A DNA stretch of 64,000 bases from Amoeboaphelidium protococcarum X5 (taxonomy: Eukaryota > Fungi > Aphelidiomycota). Below are positions 1 to 13,374 of the stretch, piece by piece. Position 1 is the first letter of the stretch, and every line of letters starts with the position of its first letter. The position numbers and the translations under genes are program-made. Under the pieces are notes generated by a model, which saw only the letters and a program-made list of their open reading frames with translations, had not been told where the DNA came from and did not search any database. The stretch is from the NCBI GenBank assembly GCA_023515725.1, contig JALDTO010000136.1, positions 186,001-250,000 on the forward strand, given 5' to 3'.

Positions 1-1587
1 TCTTTGCCTGGTTCGAATATGTCATGTCCTAGTTTGCCATGTACTTTGAGCCCGAGATGTTGATCGTCTCAAATCTGAATTATCGGAGTGATCGCGCCGT
101 GTTGTTTCAACGCGTCTCTGTCCTTGTCTCTGAGCTGTTACTTCTTATTGCTACTCTTAGGTGAGATTTTTGCTCACACTCTATTTAAATATCGCGATTT
201 ACACTTTTTTGTGTAGACTTTGTAAAGATTTGTCTAAAGATGTGGCAAAGTGGCTTTTGCTATTCGGTACTTTCTGCAGTGTGGGGTTGCTCATCGTTGA
301 CCATATTCATTTCCAGTATAATGGTTTTCTGCTTGGTATGTTCATTCTAGCTATACATGAGATGTCTCGGGTAATATTCTCCATGTGATATTGTTCTCTT
401 ACCGCTGACTATATAATCTGCATGTAGAATAATTTCTTGATGGGTGGATTCTTATTCGCTGCGCTGTTAAATTTCAAGCATATATTCCTCTACGTTGGCC
501 CTGCGTTCTTTATTTACATTTTGAGGAATTACTGCATGTCATAGTAGACTTATTAGCCAAAGTTGGTGAATTTCATCAAGATAAGTTTTGTTGTTGTATT
601 AGTCACTTTGGTAAGTTTGTGGCCTTTCCGGTATCAGTTGCCTCAGTTAACGGCGCGACTATTTCCATTCAAACGCGGCTTAGTTCACGCGTATTGGGCA
701 CCAAATTTCTATGCTCTTTACTCTTTTGCTGACAAGATATTGTGCAAGGCTTTATCGCGTTCTGCGTAAAGTTCTAATACTGCTAGTGGTATAGTGTAAG
801 AGACAGTGTTCTGCGTATTGCCACAAATCAGTCCCAGAGTGACTTTCATGTTGACTTTGACATCTCATTCAGTACCTCTATATCGCCTGTGGAAACGACC
901 AGAATACAATCAATTTGTATTGACCATAGCTCTCTGTGCACTCGGGTCCTTTATGTTTGGCTGGCATGTACACGAGAAGGCAATCTTGCTGGCGTTGTTT
1001 CCTCTGTGGTAAACTTTAGCCTCTGTTAGTACTAAGTAAAGTTATCATTGATGTGTAGTGTCTATGTCTCATATCATGGCTCGTAATACGTAAAAAAGCT
1101 ATTATGGCTTCTTCAAGTCTTTGGTTATTTAGGATTGCTTCCTTTATTATATCAATTTGAAGGTGAGCTCTTTCATTACTATTAATTGTAATGCAATCGC
1201 TATCCTGTTCAGTGTAGAAAGTCCTATCAAGATCTTGGCATTTATCATATACACAGCCGTATCATTTAAGTTTTGCGGCTTGAGGTAAGATTTACATCGT
1301 ATGCTGTATTTTTTTTAACTGATATGTGTAGGTTGGGAGATTTTACTCATTTTGAATAAGCGTTTACCTGTCTATCTCCATTTGTCATTGCTTTCGAGTC
1401 TAGCAGCACAGTGATTACTAGAGAGACCATTAAATTTCTCCCACTAATGCTGACGTCTGTCTACTGTGCTGTTGGCGTCTCATACAGCTGGCTATTATTG
1501 ATGTTGTTTAACTCGTCTGTCGCAGTTAAAGTCAATTAGAAGTGGAGTAGTTAAAGCTCTGAGTTGCAACAATATGAGAAAAGTTGA
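1..1587 (+). CDS. ALG8: Dolichyl-P-Glc:Glc1Man9GlcNAc2 alpha-1,3-glucosyltransferase ALG8 (5'-truncated by window, about 5 short introns)
   Basis: Motifs [73 protein letters not shown]. Introns e.g. 161-216 and 371-427 (GT...TGTAG). First in-frame TGA at 1585-1587. Confidence 0.92.
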
Positions 1588-2042
1588 AGAAAAGGTACAG
1601 TTGGTTGTAATTAAATTTACTGATTTTTTTTATTCATTGCTCTAGCACTGAACAGCACTTTCGTTTTTTTTATGATGAGGATGCAGCTGAGAGATAGAGT
1701 CGCCAACAGGAGAGAAGTTCGTATGACTGTGTTACCAAGTACTAGAGAGGACCATCATTGAATTTATAGACAGGCCATACCAACACAGAACTTCTGGCAA
1801 ACTCGATTGTGAGGAGAACCACAGCAGCAAGCATCTCAATGTAATAATAATAATAATAAAAATATAAACTCTTGCCAAGGAGATCAAGCCAACTCTTAAC
1901 TGTAGACTACAGAGCAGACAAAGACGCCTTGACAAATTCGAATGGAGAAATCTATAATCTAATATCTAATGACTCTACTGTACTTCCAATGAATGAATGA
2001 CTATAATACAGATGATATGAACTACGGAAGCACAGTAATAAT

Positions 2043-2430
2043 ACTCTTGCAGTGACGCCTATGAAAGTTGACTACGGCGCCACATGCAACCAATGATAGA
2101 GAACCAGCCAAAGATACCTATGAATCTATACTACGGTATCAGTGGCTATAGGGAGAGGAGGATGACTCTTGCAGCAACGCCAATAAAAATAAACTGCGGC
2201 GCCACATGCAAAGGATGATGAGGACCAGCCAAAGATACCTATGAATCTAAACTACGGTACCAATGGCTATGAGGAGGAGGGTTATAGAGAGAGAGAGAGA
2301 GAAGAGGAGGACTCTTGCAGCGACACCAATAAGACTAGACTGCGGTGCCACATGCAAACAATGACAAGGACCAGCCGGAGATGCCTATGAATCTAAACTA
2401 CGGCACCTATGGCTATGAGGAGGGAGGACC
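2043..2430. repeat. Three diverged tandem units of ~120-146 bp inside element copy 1
   Basis: Units start ACTCTTGCAG at 2043, 2165 and 2311 and share CGG(C/T)GCCACATGCAA...ACCAGCC...CCTATGAATCTA.ACTACGG. An (AG)n tract lengthens unit 2. Confidence 0.9.
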
Positions 2431-3254
2431 AATTTGGGAATTTTAAGTACAGCTCGCCAGCCAGTCAATGAGGGAATACAATATTTAGACCAGCAGGACG
2501 AGTGACAGCACTGAGGATGGAGCAATACAGCATGCCTTGTATTAGCAACCATCCAAATAAGGGGGTGAGACTTACAGCAGAGGAAGGGACGAAGCTATCA
2601 ATAATCAGAGTCGGGCCATTTAAGTGCTCAAGTTTAAATATAACTCTGCAAGGCCATCTAGACTCAACTTTTATCCTCTTCCACCAGCTCACTTTTTTTA
2701 TCACCTTGGCATTAGCACTGACAGCTATTGATAATTTTTATAGGGCCAGTTAAACTTAATGCCAATACCAAGGCGGCGCGCGAGTCAAGCATGCCAGCAG
2801 TTAGCAACACCAGGACAGAGCTATTTCATTGGCAAGCCACTATAATTTGGTCGACAGACAGTGGATTAAGATTTTTATCCAACAGCTGGCCAGAAAGATT
2901 GGGATTGTGCAGTCCTTGTCGGTATTCAGCTATAAGAGAGACCCGCGCGCCAATTTAATTTACACCACCAGGGCCACTGGCCCATTCCAAACCCAGCACT
3001 TTGCCGGGCATATAATTACTGGCCTTCACCGGCCACCACCCACTCAGCTTTCTTCTATGGCCATCACCGGCCCACCCTTCCATCCGCCAGCCAACCAGCC
3101 AGCTTTTCTTTACGGCCAACACCGGCCCACCAACCAAACACCCAGCTACTCATGGCCCTGCAATGACCATAAGTGCTTTAATATGACTGAGACCCATCCA
3201 GCACCTCTTCGCCAAGTAGCCAGAGTAATCACCAACCTGAGAAGCAGCGATCCG

Positions 3255-3930
3255 ATAGAATGACAGCATAACCTCTGCTGCTGTCATGGCACAGACCAGC
3301 ACTACAGGACCAGCTCGAGCTCCAACCACCAGCAAATGAACCAGCAGAAGGAGACTTCCAGGAGGAGACACTCTAGCAAGCAAAGAAGACAGGACAAGTC
3401 AAGACGCGACCAGACGACACAGAGCAGAGGGACTCTGTGCTAAAGCAAATTTATTCTCATGCCCATTAGTATAAGGGCTTCTTTACATAATGATGAGCCA
3501 ACTCACAGGAAGATTTCCATCTGTGAGGCTCTCTAGCTTCAGACACCACAATTGGTTGTGCCAGTCCTTTCAAAGGCACCATTTTTTAATTTTCAAAAGC
3601 AATGCCAGGATGCCCTGCAGGCTAGCTCAACTTTTTTTCTTTTTAAACCATTTGGCCTTCTCAATAGCCATTAGACAAGAAACTCAACCCAACTGGTAGC
3701 TGCGGTTCAATAGAAAGGCAAGCATGACCTCTGCTGCTGCCTTGGTACAAACCAGCGCTATAGAGCCAGCACAAGCTCCATCTACCAGCACATCAACCAG
3801 AGGACGGAGACCACCAGTATGAGAAAACTTCAACCAGCTATTGAGAAGCAAACGGTGTTAGACGACCTTTTTATTTCACGGAGCAGAGGACCCCATGTGG
3901 TGATAACTTTAAACCCATTAGTATTTAGGG
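3255..3930. repeat. Diverged ~220 bp internal direct repeat (about 3255-3477 vs 3710-3930)
   Basis: AGCAT(A/G)ACCTCTGCTGCTG...ACCAGC...AGCTCCA...GAGCAGAGG...CCCATTAGTAT occurs twice. Confidence 0.75.
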
Positions 3931-6250
3931 TGAATTGATAATTTATAGACTTTCTTCTGCCATCATTAAGCAGAGATCTTTCATAGATAATCTTTAATAT
4001 TAACTCACTTAGTGAGAGAATAAAGGCATCATTTAGTGCACACGATAGACAAGGTCCTTTTTACAATCTAACAGATTTTTAAAGCAATGAATAATACACT
4101 TTATAGCGAATTTTTGGTTACTATGAGCAAATATTAACATCCAGTGCATATAAGATCAGGTCTTTACAAACTTCAGGCAGTATGAGCACTGCGTAAAGCA
4201 TACAGCCAGTATTTCAGTTTTTAAAGAGCGACCTAGATACATTCGTCATAGAGAACCAACAACCAATTAAGAAAGCTTTCTTATCATCAATTAACGTCAG
4301 TACCAAGAGTAGATTAGCCATTGGACGTCAAGACACAGAAGCCCAATAAACAAAGTCTCTGGAGAGCCATTTTACGACAGAGGCAATATCACATAAATCA
4401 AAAGACATGGAAGTAATGGCCCAATAAACAAAGCCTTAATGTAGCGTTGTGCGGTAGTCATGAATGACATGGAAAAGCAGCTGTGCAGTGAACAAAGACT
4501 TTGCAGTGCAATTTGGACAAATCATTAAGCACATATAGTGAGCCAGTGTTAGAAACACGTAGCAGCAGTGTAACTAAATCTTGAAGTTATCTTTTTACAT
4601 ATGACAACAGCCATTCATAGAGCAATTGCACACGACTACCTTGTGAAGTAGTCTATTACCAGAGTTAGAGGCAAGAGCAAAGACGTGAACAGCAAACATA
4701 GAGTTGAACTTTGATCTAGATCCGACACAAACCACCACATGCACACTAGGAAGTTTTCAGCATACCAGTAAGCAATTCATGCATCATTCGGCCTGAGAGA
4801 AACACCAAATGAGTGATTTTAGAAACAGAGCCTTGAATCAACTGAGAGGCGCTTCAGTTATAATCTTGAATGCTTCTTCTAAACTGACAGTGAAGCGACA
4901 ACCTACACAAATACAGTAGTAATGGATAAAACAAAACAGTACAAGTCTGTATAATAAGCTTACGGGATAAAAGAGATTAATGAATAGAAGCCTTATAGTC
5001 AAGCAATAAGAAGGACAGCAGGACTGAGAAACATTAGAGAGCAGCCAACCTTGTATACAAGCCTTGTAAACAGATGTCATCGAGTAGCAGCATGAGATTA
5101 GAAAGGAGTCAAAGTGAGCTTTGAGAGAGCTAAGAGATTGAGGGAAGCTTTGAGGCCGCAGAGAGCAGGAGAGCCACCATAAAGACACATCATTCATCAA
5201 ATCAAACCAACCCAAACTTGAGAGGACCGCAGTAGATAGATAGACAGAACAGAACAGGACAGTAGACGGATCGTTTCACATGGAGAGACCGAGAGACAGC
5301 ATGACCACCAGCGAGCGATGAGCATCGGATATCGAGACCTCCACCAAGTAGCATTAATATCGCAGATAGGATGCACAGCGAGTTATCAACCATGGGAAAT
5401 GTTCTTGGATGAAGAGTGATAATGAAAGTGGAGAAGAGAGTAAGACTGGGATTGTGGGATTGTTTGATTGTGGAACATTGTGCGATGGTTTCAGATTTGA
5501 AACGGGGCTTGAGTGAAACGGGCACCACTAAATGGTAACTTGGTCAGTTCTTGATCAATTTCTTTGGGAATAAGCTCATCTGCCGTTTCAGAAAACGATC
5601 TATCGATTGGTATTAATATCGACGGTACTCCAGAATGAGTGTTGAGTTGGAGCATGTTTCGTGAGTGTGAGTGGTCGTCCCAATTAGGAAACTCGTGCGC
5701 GCTCGCTCGTCGCTGAAACGGGTCGACCGGGTCGAGACAATGAGTCCGAAAGTCCAACTATGGACAACACAGACGGTAGGCGTAAAGCATTAGCATAGAC
5801 TAGAGTATCAAATATATATATATCTCCATGTTGCTAAAATTATTAATATTCACCTCTAGATGACTCTTTTCAAAGAAGCTATAAAGCTAGCATAATCTCT
5901 TGGTTCATCTAGTAGGTTATGGTTCACATCATACGAACGGAATTTCTTTTGCCCAAGTCTTAAGCACCGTTAAGTTTTGTCAAAGCATATGAGGAGCCTG
6001 ATCCTCACTCTAACTGTACAAACTAGCTGTTATATAGTACGTTAGTTGAATCAAGAAGGATCTTTCACACAGCATGCGCGTTGTATTTAATCGGTAAAAG
6101 TTCTACCATTAAAGCCATGTAAACCGCGCCACGATGAACTTTTGAATTCTCTGGAATTTCAATATTCATTCTCTCTCTTTATCTACTAGCACACAGCATT
6201 TTTCATTTAATCAGTGAATAATTAATCACTGACAGCAATTAGAGAATATC

Positions 6251-7009
6251 ATGTTTGGAAACTTTGCGGAAACATCAGCTAATAGCAATATAATGCTAGT
6301 ATAACGGGAAATGTTTGATAGAAATAGCGCCATGACTTGTCCAAGTAAGAGATTCGATTAGATCAGAAAGATGAATTAGGATATAATCTTGAAAGATTCT
6401 ACAACTAAGTAAAAGTAATCTTAATCCAAGTCAGCGTCAGAGAGGGATGCTACAGCTGCTGCTAATACTCAAGAAATTACCAAGAAATCAACTGGATTAT
6501 CTAAAAAGAAAGGTATGCCAGTCATTCTGCTGCCCAACTCCACCACATGTCTAATTAGTCTGGATAATTGTAAAAAATTGCTGGAAGATTTCCAGTTTGT
6601 GTCACCATTGTTGTAGACTTAAAGTACTGCTGGTAGAAATCAAGATTCTCAAGTCATAATTAAGCATAATGATATTTAATTCTTGGTCACTGATGATGCA
6701 TAGTACGTGAAGGATAACAATTTATGGCCGTGTGTCGTGGCTGTCTTTACAACAGGATAAAGCTGGCAGTTTAAAGATTATTTGTACAAGGATCCCACCT
6801 CGCTGTTCAGCAACGTACAAGGTTTTCATCTAAAGTATGCAGATCCTTCATTGAACGCACAGGTGAAGAATGATGTCTATCAGTGGAATGTACATATCAT
6901 GGAGATATCTAGGCACAAAAGGCATTTGGATTCCACCTGTGTTTTGCGCTTCTGGAACATTCTCGATCAATTCATTCGCACCAAGAAGCCTGAACTTGTT
7001 TAACAGTGA
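6251..7009 (+). CDS. CDC73: Paf1 complex subunit Cdc73 (C-terminal Ras-like domain), start uncertain
   Basis: PVILLPNSTTCLISLDNCKKLLEDFQFV, WPCVVAVFTTGQSWQFKDY, WNVHIMEISRHKRHLD with TAR=Q. TGA at 7007-7009. Confidence 0.85.
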
Positions 7010-7296
7010 TTTTCATTAATGTGAAAGTTTCCAACTTAAACATGGCGTCTCTATTTCTGTTTCCATCGCGATAGTAAACTCTGCCAAATCGCATTGAGCG
7101 TGTTTGAAATTCTTTGATCAGAACATGGGCTCTTTATCAATGCTTTCGCGCTTTCTCTCTCTCTTTCTGTCTTTCGCTCTTTGCGCGTTTCACAACTGTT
7201 CTTGGAGTGTTCATCTGAGCGCGTCTGAAATCTCTCACATCGATTCTCTTACTGTATTTTATAGTGCTATCAACATATCATTGCAGTATTAATATT

Positions 7297-10200
7297 ATGG
7301 TTGAGAATATGATTGAAGATGAACGTTTGATAGGATCAAATGGGGCTAGGAATGATGATTTTCTAAAAGATTAAATTCAAGTATAGTCTGTGGACGATGG
7401 TCTCTATCTGGATTCTTTAATCTCTGCAGATTTCCATGACAAGGATGTCACGATTGATAGGAATTACAAGACACTTTTTTACGCCAAAAGAGTTTGGGAT
7501 AGTCAACACGTTAAATTTATCCATTCTGTCCTTATGGGTGACGCATCTCAAGATGGTGAATTCTACTTTTTGATTCTCTAAGGCGACGTGTTGAGATTAA
7601 TATCGTTTGAGGCAGACTACTCTGATTATCGTGTTGTGGCAGAGTATGAAGTACTTACTGAAGTATTGGACATTATGGTGCATAGTTCCGATAATTCCTC
7701 TTAAGATGAGACTGTTGAGAAATTTGTGCTCTCTATTCTAGTTATGGATAAGCGTTAACGACTTTTACATTTAAAGTTGACTAATGCGTTAAAGTTCTCT
7801 CTAGTACGTACAGTTGATCTCACTTTATCATCTTAAATGTCCACTGGCCAGCTGGAGCATAAAAAGTATACCAAACTCATTCGCGCTCACTCTATGATGG
7901 AATACACCGGGTGTTATGCTTACTGTGATAATTTGACTTTTCTGAAATGTGATGCATCTTAGAGTTTGGCGGTAAATGACGGCTCTCGACCAGTAAATGA
8001 TTGTCATTGTTAGAAGATTGATTTATAGAGACATGTTGTATGGAACGCGGTTATGATGAAATCTTTGGCTGGTTCGTAGTATTCTATAGTGTTGAGTTAC
8101 CAGCATGAGAGAGGCTTCTTCATATCCGTAATCAATGTGGCGGCAAATCAAGTTGAAAAGTCTATTAATCTTCCACAGATTAGTGGCGAATCGTCATCAG
8201 GTGATATATACCCTCTATCAATGTCCACGCTGACTTAGTGTCCTGAATCTATGCTGATTGTGTGGTAGGACCATTTTGTTATTTTAAGGCTCAGTCAACT
8301 GCTCAATGGCAATGTAAATTACAAGAAGATTAATCCTTTTGGAGATCAGGATGACTTTATAAGTTGCGTATCAGACTCTATCAGCACCGAGTAAGATCAA
8401 GATGTATTTGCATTTGTCTGTCAGAGGAGCAAGAAACTTGTTAAAGTCGAAATCAATGAAGATCTCTCAATGGAAATGTACCAAGTTGGAGTATTGTCTC
8501 ATCTACCTGATGGAGTTACACTCTTGTCTGATAGATTGCTCCTTGTAAGTGATGTTGTTAGTGATAGTACTCTGTACCGACTCAATGATGTTGATGATAG
8601 ACTAATGGAGATGTATAAGTTTATGAACATCAGCGGAGTGGTGGATTATTACTTAGAAAGACCTCAACGTAGTAGCTTTTTATCTTCATCACCAGTCTAA
8701 TCGAGCTTTTATCTATAGATGTAAAATGAATTTAGAATGCGAACTACAAAGAGGCAGTTTACATTGTGCAAGCAACGCGATTAATTTCACGTATACTAAT
8801 ATGAGAATGTTGTGCCTGTGCGGGTAATGTCAACTTCTGGTGGAGATGATTTTATCGGAGTGTCTGATATTTGGAATGTCTTTAGTGGCGCGTTCTTGGC
8901 GTTGAGGCTGTAATCTTACACTTACCTCTTCAAGGCTTCGTAATCTCTGACATAGAGTGGTGGTGGTCACGAATTGGAAAGTTTTGAGTAGTTTGGAGAT
9001 TTTCGTAGTGAAATGGAGTCTGTCTTATGGCACACGATTGATGATAAGCTATGTGTGCACGTTCATCCCCAAGGCGTAGTTTTATATGATTCGCAACTGA
9101 CCAAAATTCATTGCATTGAATATAAGGACAGCATTCGCTTGGCGACTGCTGATGGAGCATCGCTGATCATGTACTTTGACAAACTTATTGTATGGCTTGA
9201 GGTTGATTTGAGCAGTAGGCAGTTGCACGTCATGACGGAATATTCTATTACTTTTGCCGCTTCCTGTATCTGCCTCTCTAGCTCGGAACCTAAAGATGGA
9301 CAATTTAAGACTTTGTTTGTGGGAGGATACGACGGATGTTTAAAATCTTTACTTCTGCATAAATCCATGAAAATTATTGAGGATAGTGGAGCTTTAGCGT
9401 TTGAAGAAGACCATATGAAGATTATTGATCGTTATGGCGGCCAGGCCGATGCTATAGAATCCATAGCGTTGGGCTAGGGTGAAGATATGCCATTCAATAC
9501 TACTCTGTAATCATTTACTATGAAGGTCTACATTGGTACGAGGATGGGGAAGATAATCGTCTCTGAATGGAATCACATGCCCACCCTTGGTTGTCTCTGG
9601 CGGTGCGGAGAAGTAAGAATTGCCGGTCTTAATATGCCTGTTAAGTGCACCAGTATACAGGGCGAGATATTTTGCGTTTGCGGACATTAGACATTCAAGT
9701 TGGTCTACATGAATTACCAATATCTATTTGTGTAGCTATCTGATAGTTTCAAGCTTGCAACGTCGTGGTCGGCCAAGACTGCTTATATGATCTCCCCTGA
9801 TGGCGCTCTTGTTTACGGAAGTCTAAGCTCTGACAAGTTGAAAGTGGTACGGAGAGTCTTTTAATGTCCAGCTGACAATACCCATGTACAGTTTATCCAC
9901 TCTAATGGAGATTTGTTGATTATCAAGAAAGTGGACAGTGGTTAAGTGTAGATGTCTATTAGTCAACTCAGAACTATTAATGATAGGAGTCCTGCATTTC
10001 AAACTCTCGATGTTGGCGCAGATTTCAAATTTAAGGCATGTGTCCCGTTCACTTGTGTGGACCAGAGTTAATACATGGTAATCTTTGTCTAAAGTGGTGG
10101 CGACTAGATGCATTTGGATACTAAAGGTAATAACGGCTTGGCAGTTCGCAAATGCAATTATAGAACATTTCTTGTGCTCTAAGATGGTACAATAGTAGGC

Positions 10201-11082
10201 GATAAACAAGTAGAGCTGTCTGAACATGCCGGCAATCTGGTTTAAGTTACACATTTTAGGGATGAGCTATATGCATTTGCCTATGATGATAATGTTGTCA
10301 CTATTGACTAGTACTTTGCCTTTCGTCCAGACTATCGAGCACCTGCCAATTTTATAGGTAGTATGATTAGTTTTGCTACAATGTCATTAAACTGCAAGAT
10401 CAAGACTATCTAACACTGGAAAGATGATTATCTCCTCGTTGGATGCGAAGAAGAAGGGTTGAATATACTGCAATTTTAATAACTGCAATCGCCACAATAA
10501 GGTACTGAGCCGGCTATTTTACATATGGGCCACTTTGAGTTTTGTGCCTCTGAGAATCTATGCGCCAATGTAGATGATTTAATCTAGTATGAGACTGGTG
10601 ACTTTTTGGTGATTGATAAAGGCTCCCCTTAGTTCGGATCTGTATCTGAGTATTATCCAAATGTTAGCTCCCAAAACCTGCATTCCGGAAAGATAAAGTT
10701 TATGCTCGGCGGACTTCCTGTATCAATTAGACGGGACCCATACGATTGCAAGAATTTCTATATAGTCACACTCACGGGAGCCATATACAAAGTTGTTGTA
10801 GCGGGTGGCACAGTATTTGATGATGTGGCATGTGGAATTGATTAAGAGCTGCAGCTTGGTTATGTGGCTACTACTAAAAAGAGTCGCGGAAGTAATAAGG
10901 CGGTATTGAATGGGTAATCTATTTCGATATTTGTGAATTTGAAGTCTCAAGATGCTGAATCTATAATGATGAGACATTTTGGGGATGATCTATTCAAGGA
11001 TGCAGTACAATAATACTCTCAAGTTTACAGTTTTAAGATGCGATAATCGCTACTGAGCTGTCAACTGAGGACTCTCTTTTGA
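7297..11082 (+). CDS. DDB1/Rse1/CPSF160-family multi-beta-propeller protein (Mms1/Rik1-like), ~1261 aa
   Basis: Single frame joining ORF fragments 7390, 8470 and 9013 when TAR=Q. Motifs FMNISGVVDY, TLFVGGYDG, VYIGTRMGK and C-terminal YLNGQSISIF resemble the DDB1 family. Very divergent. Confidence 0.65.
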
Positions 11083-11216
11083 ATAACCAGTGTAAAGTCC
11101 ATAGTATATGAAATTGTATTCATTTGAAAAGAATAAACTAATGCTCTTATAAGTTATAATCATAAATAATGCAATTATCATATATTGTAAACAAATTATC
11201 AATCTCTCTGTATTAT

Positions 11217-11474
11217 TCAGCAACTAATAGCCTGCTAGTATTATAAACCATCATTCTTATCATCCTCACCCTCCTATTACTCAAAATCTTCTGAGTCAAA
11301 TATGACGCGAATTATCAGCGAACACGATGGACACCGAGCGATATCATCACCTTCAATCAACTCTTGCTTAGATATTTAGAACAGATCACCACATGGGCAC
11401 GGATAAGTGTAAATTCCAGTCTCTTCATCAAACTGGAAATCTTCAATCTCAATCTCATCATAAAACGACGTCAT
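11217..11474 (-). CDS. DPH3: Diphthamide/Elongator cofactor Dph3 (Kti11), CSL zinc finger, 85 aa
   Basis: [35 protein letters not shown]...[14 protein letters not shown]. Missed by the ORF track because of TAA=Q. Confidence 0.95.
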
Positions 11475-11907
11475 CTTTATTATGTATGTCGGGCAATGTA
11501 ATTATAATAATAAGCCGGAATTTAATGACTGCCACGATCAACTAAAATCAATGCCAATAGTATCACAGCGAAATAAAAAAAAGAAAAGGACTTACCGCGC
11601 TTTGATCGAGTTACTGACGACGCGCCAATTAATCGAGAAGGGTACCGTTTTAATTATAATATTAATAAAGTTCCTCAACAGGTATCAGTTTCTCATACTT
11701 AAGGGTAAAAAAATGATTATTAGCAAGTACTAGTTGCTGACGAGGAATTCTACGTATCATTTTATCAGAACGCGACTTACACTGCCAAATCGCTGCGCTC
11801 TAAAGCTGCCTCAAAGTCAAGCATCGTCTTTCTCTCCTCTTATACACGCAAAGCCGTAACTTTTTTAACACGTTAGTACACCTTAGGCAAATTCACTAAA
11901 CAGAGAA

Positions 11908-13185
11908 ATGACTCAAGACGCTACTTTAATTGGGAAAGTACTGCAAATGGTATCCGCCATTTCTGGCAAAAATGTCAACGCTGAACAAGATATTAAAGTG
12001 GATGAAAAGTGTACATTGACTGATCCGGTCGCCAAGATGCAGTACCTGCTGGCCGGCACCGCGAACGAGACTCTACTTGGTACGAACAATGGTGATCGCG
12101 CGGGTGTTCATCAGTGGATCAACTATTCGCTGTCTACTATTGCTGAGGCTGCTGCGAATAATGATGTTGGTGCTCAGAAGCAGTGGTCTACCTTTGTGAA
12201 TGAGTGGCTGTAGTTCCGCACTTTCATGGTATCTAATCATGTCACGCTGAGTGATTATGTCGTCTACGTCTACGCACATGACTACCTGGCCAAGACTACT
12301 GATAAGCGTCGCGTTGAAATCTGCAATTTGGTTAGATGGTTCGATTTGATCTAGAATTAGTAATGGAGTCGCTAGTACTTGCAGTTGCCTCTGATAGAGT
12401 TTGACTTGGTGGCTGCCACTGCACCTACTGTTGATAATAATAAAGAGAAATAGAAAAATGCTAGCGATGGTGGCAAGTAGGCTAAAAAGTCTGATGGTTC
12501 TCCTGGTAAGAAGGCCGCCACTCCCAATGGAAATGATAAACAAGCAGCAGCGGCTGATGGTGGTAAGAAGTAGAAGTCAAAGGAGAAGAAAGAGAAGAAG
12601 CCAGCTGCTTCCGCGGCATCAGATGAAGTTCCTGCTTGGAATCCCGCCAGATTAAAGATGTTGGTCGGCAAGATTGTGGAGGTGAAATAGCACGAGAATG
12701 CTGATTCACTGTACGTTGAGTAGATAGATGTTGGTGAGGCACAACCGCGCACCATAGTCTCTGGTCTGGTGAAGCACGTTCCCCTGGCTGAGATGCAGGA
12801 TCGGCTGGTGGTGATATTGGCTAATCTGAAGCCGGCATCGATGCGCGGTGTTAAGAGTGAAGGTATGGTGTTGTGTGCCACGGGAAGTGATGGCAAGGTT
12901 GAATTGTTGAATCCGCCTGCCGATAGCACGCCAGGAGATGTGTGTTACTTTGAAGGTTTTCATCGTGATGAGTGGCAGAGCGATGCAGTCCTTAACCCGA
13001 AGAAGAAGGTTTGGGAGACTATTCAGCCGGCTCTATTTACTGATGATCAGTGTGACGCTTGTTATCAGGTGCCTGATGACGCCAAGTGTTAGTTGCCAGA
13101 GTTGGCCTCAGTTTCTGCCTCTAAACTAATGACCAAGAAGGGAGTAGTGCGCGCTTCCACTGTCACTAAAGGTACCATAAAATGA
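11908..13185 (+). CDS. ARC1: Aminoacyl-tRNA synthetase cofactor Arc1/AIMP1-like (GST-like N-terminus, Lys-rich linker, OB-fold tRNA-binding domain), 425 aa
   Basis: [70 protein letters not shown]. N-terminal LVRWFDLIQ GST-like motif. Confidence 0.9.
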
Positions 13186-13374
13186 TCATTTCTTTTACAA
13201 TTTAATAAAGCTCATACTTATATTAATGTTTTTCTGATTTAAATTATGTTTATTCCCAGTGTTAGGCTCTTCTACTTTCAGCCGTGCGTGTGATCTTCCT
13301 TCTTCATTGTTATTGCTCTTGTTATTCTAATCCTAAAAAATCAAATTGAAATTAGAAGTTTATTTCAGTTAAAG

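Larger units (their letters stand above)
1570..5738. mobile_element. ~4.2 kb dispersed repeat element, copy 1 (probably a non-autonomous transposon, class uncertain)
   Basis: Colinear reverse-complement match to 39571-43785 over the whole length. No intact long ORF found even with TAR=Q, and indels differ between copies. Contains internal tandem and direct repeats. Confidence 0.75.

Noticed and set aside
2043-2430. CRISPR-like array
   Set aside because: The units are similar along their whole length with no unique spacers, the context is eukaryotic and no cas genes are present.
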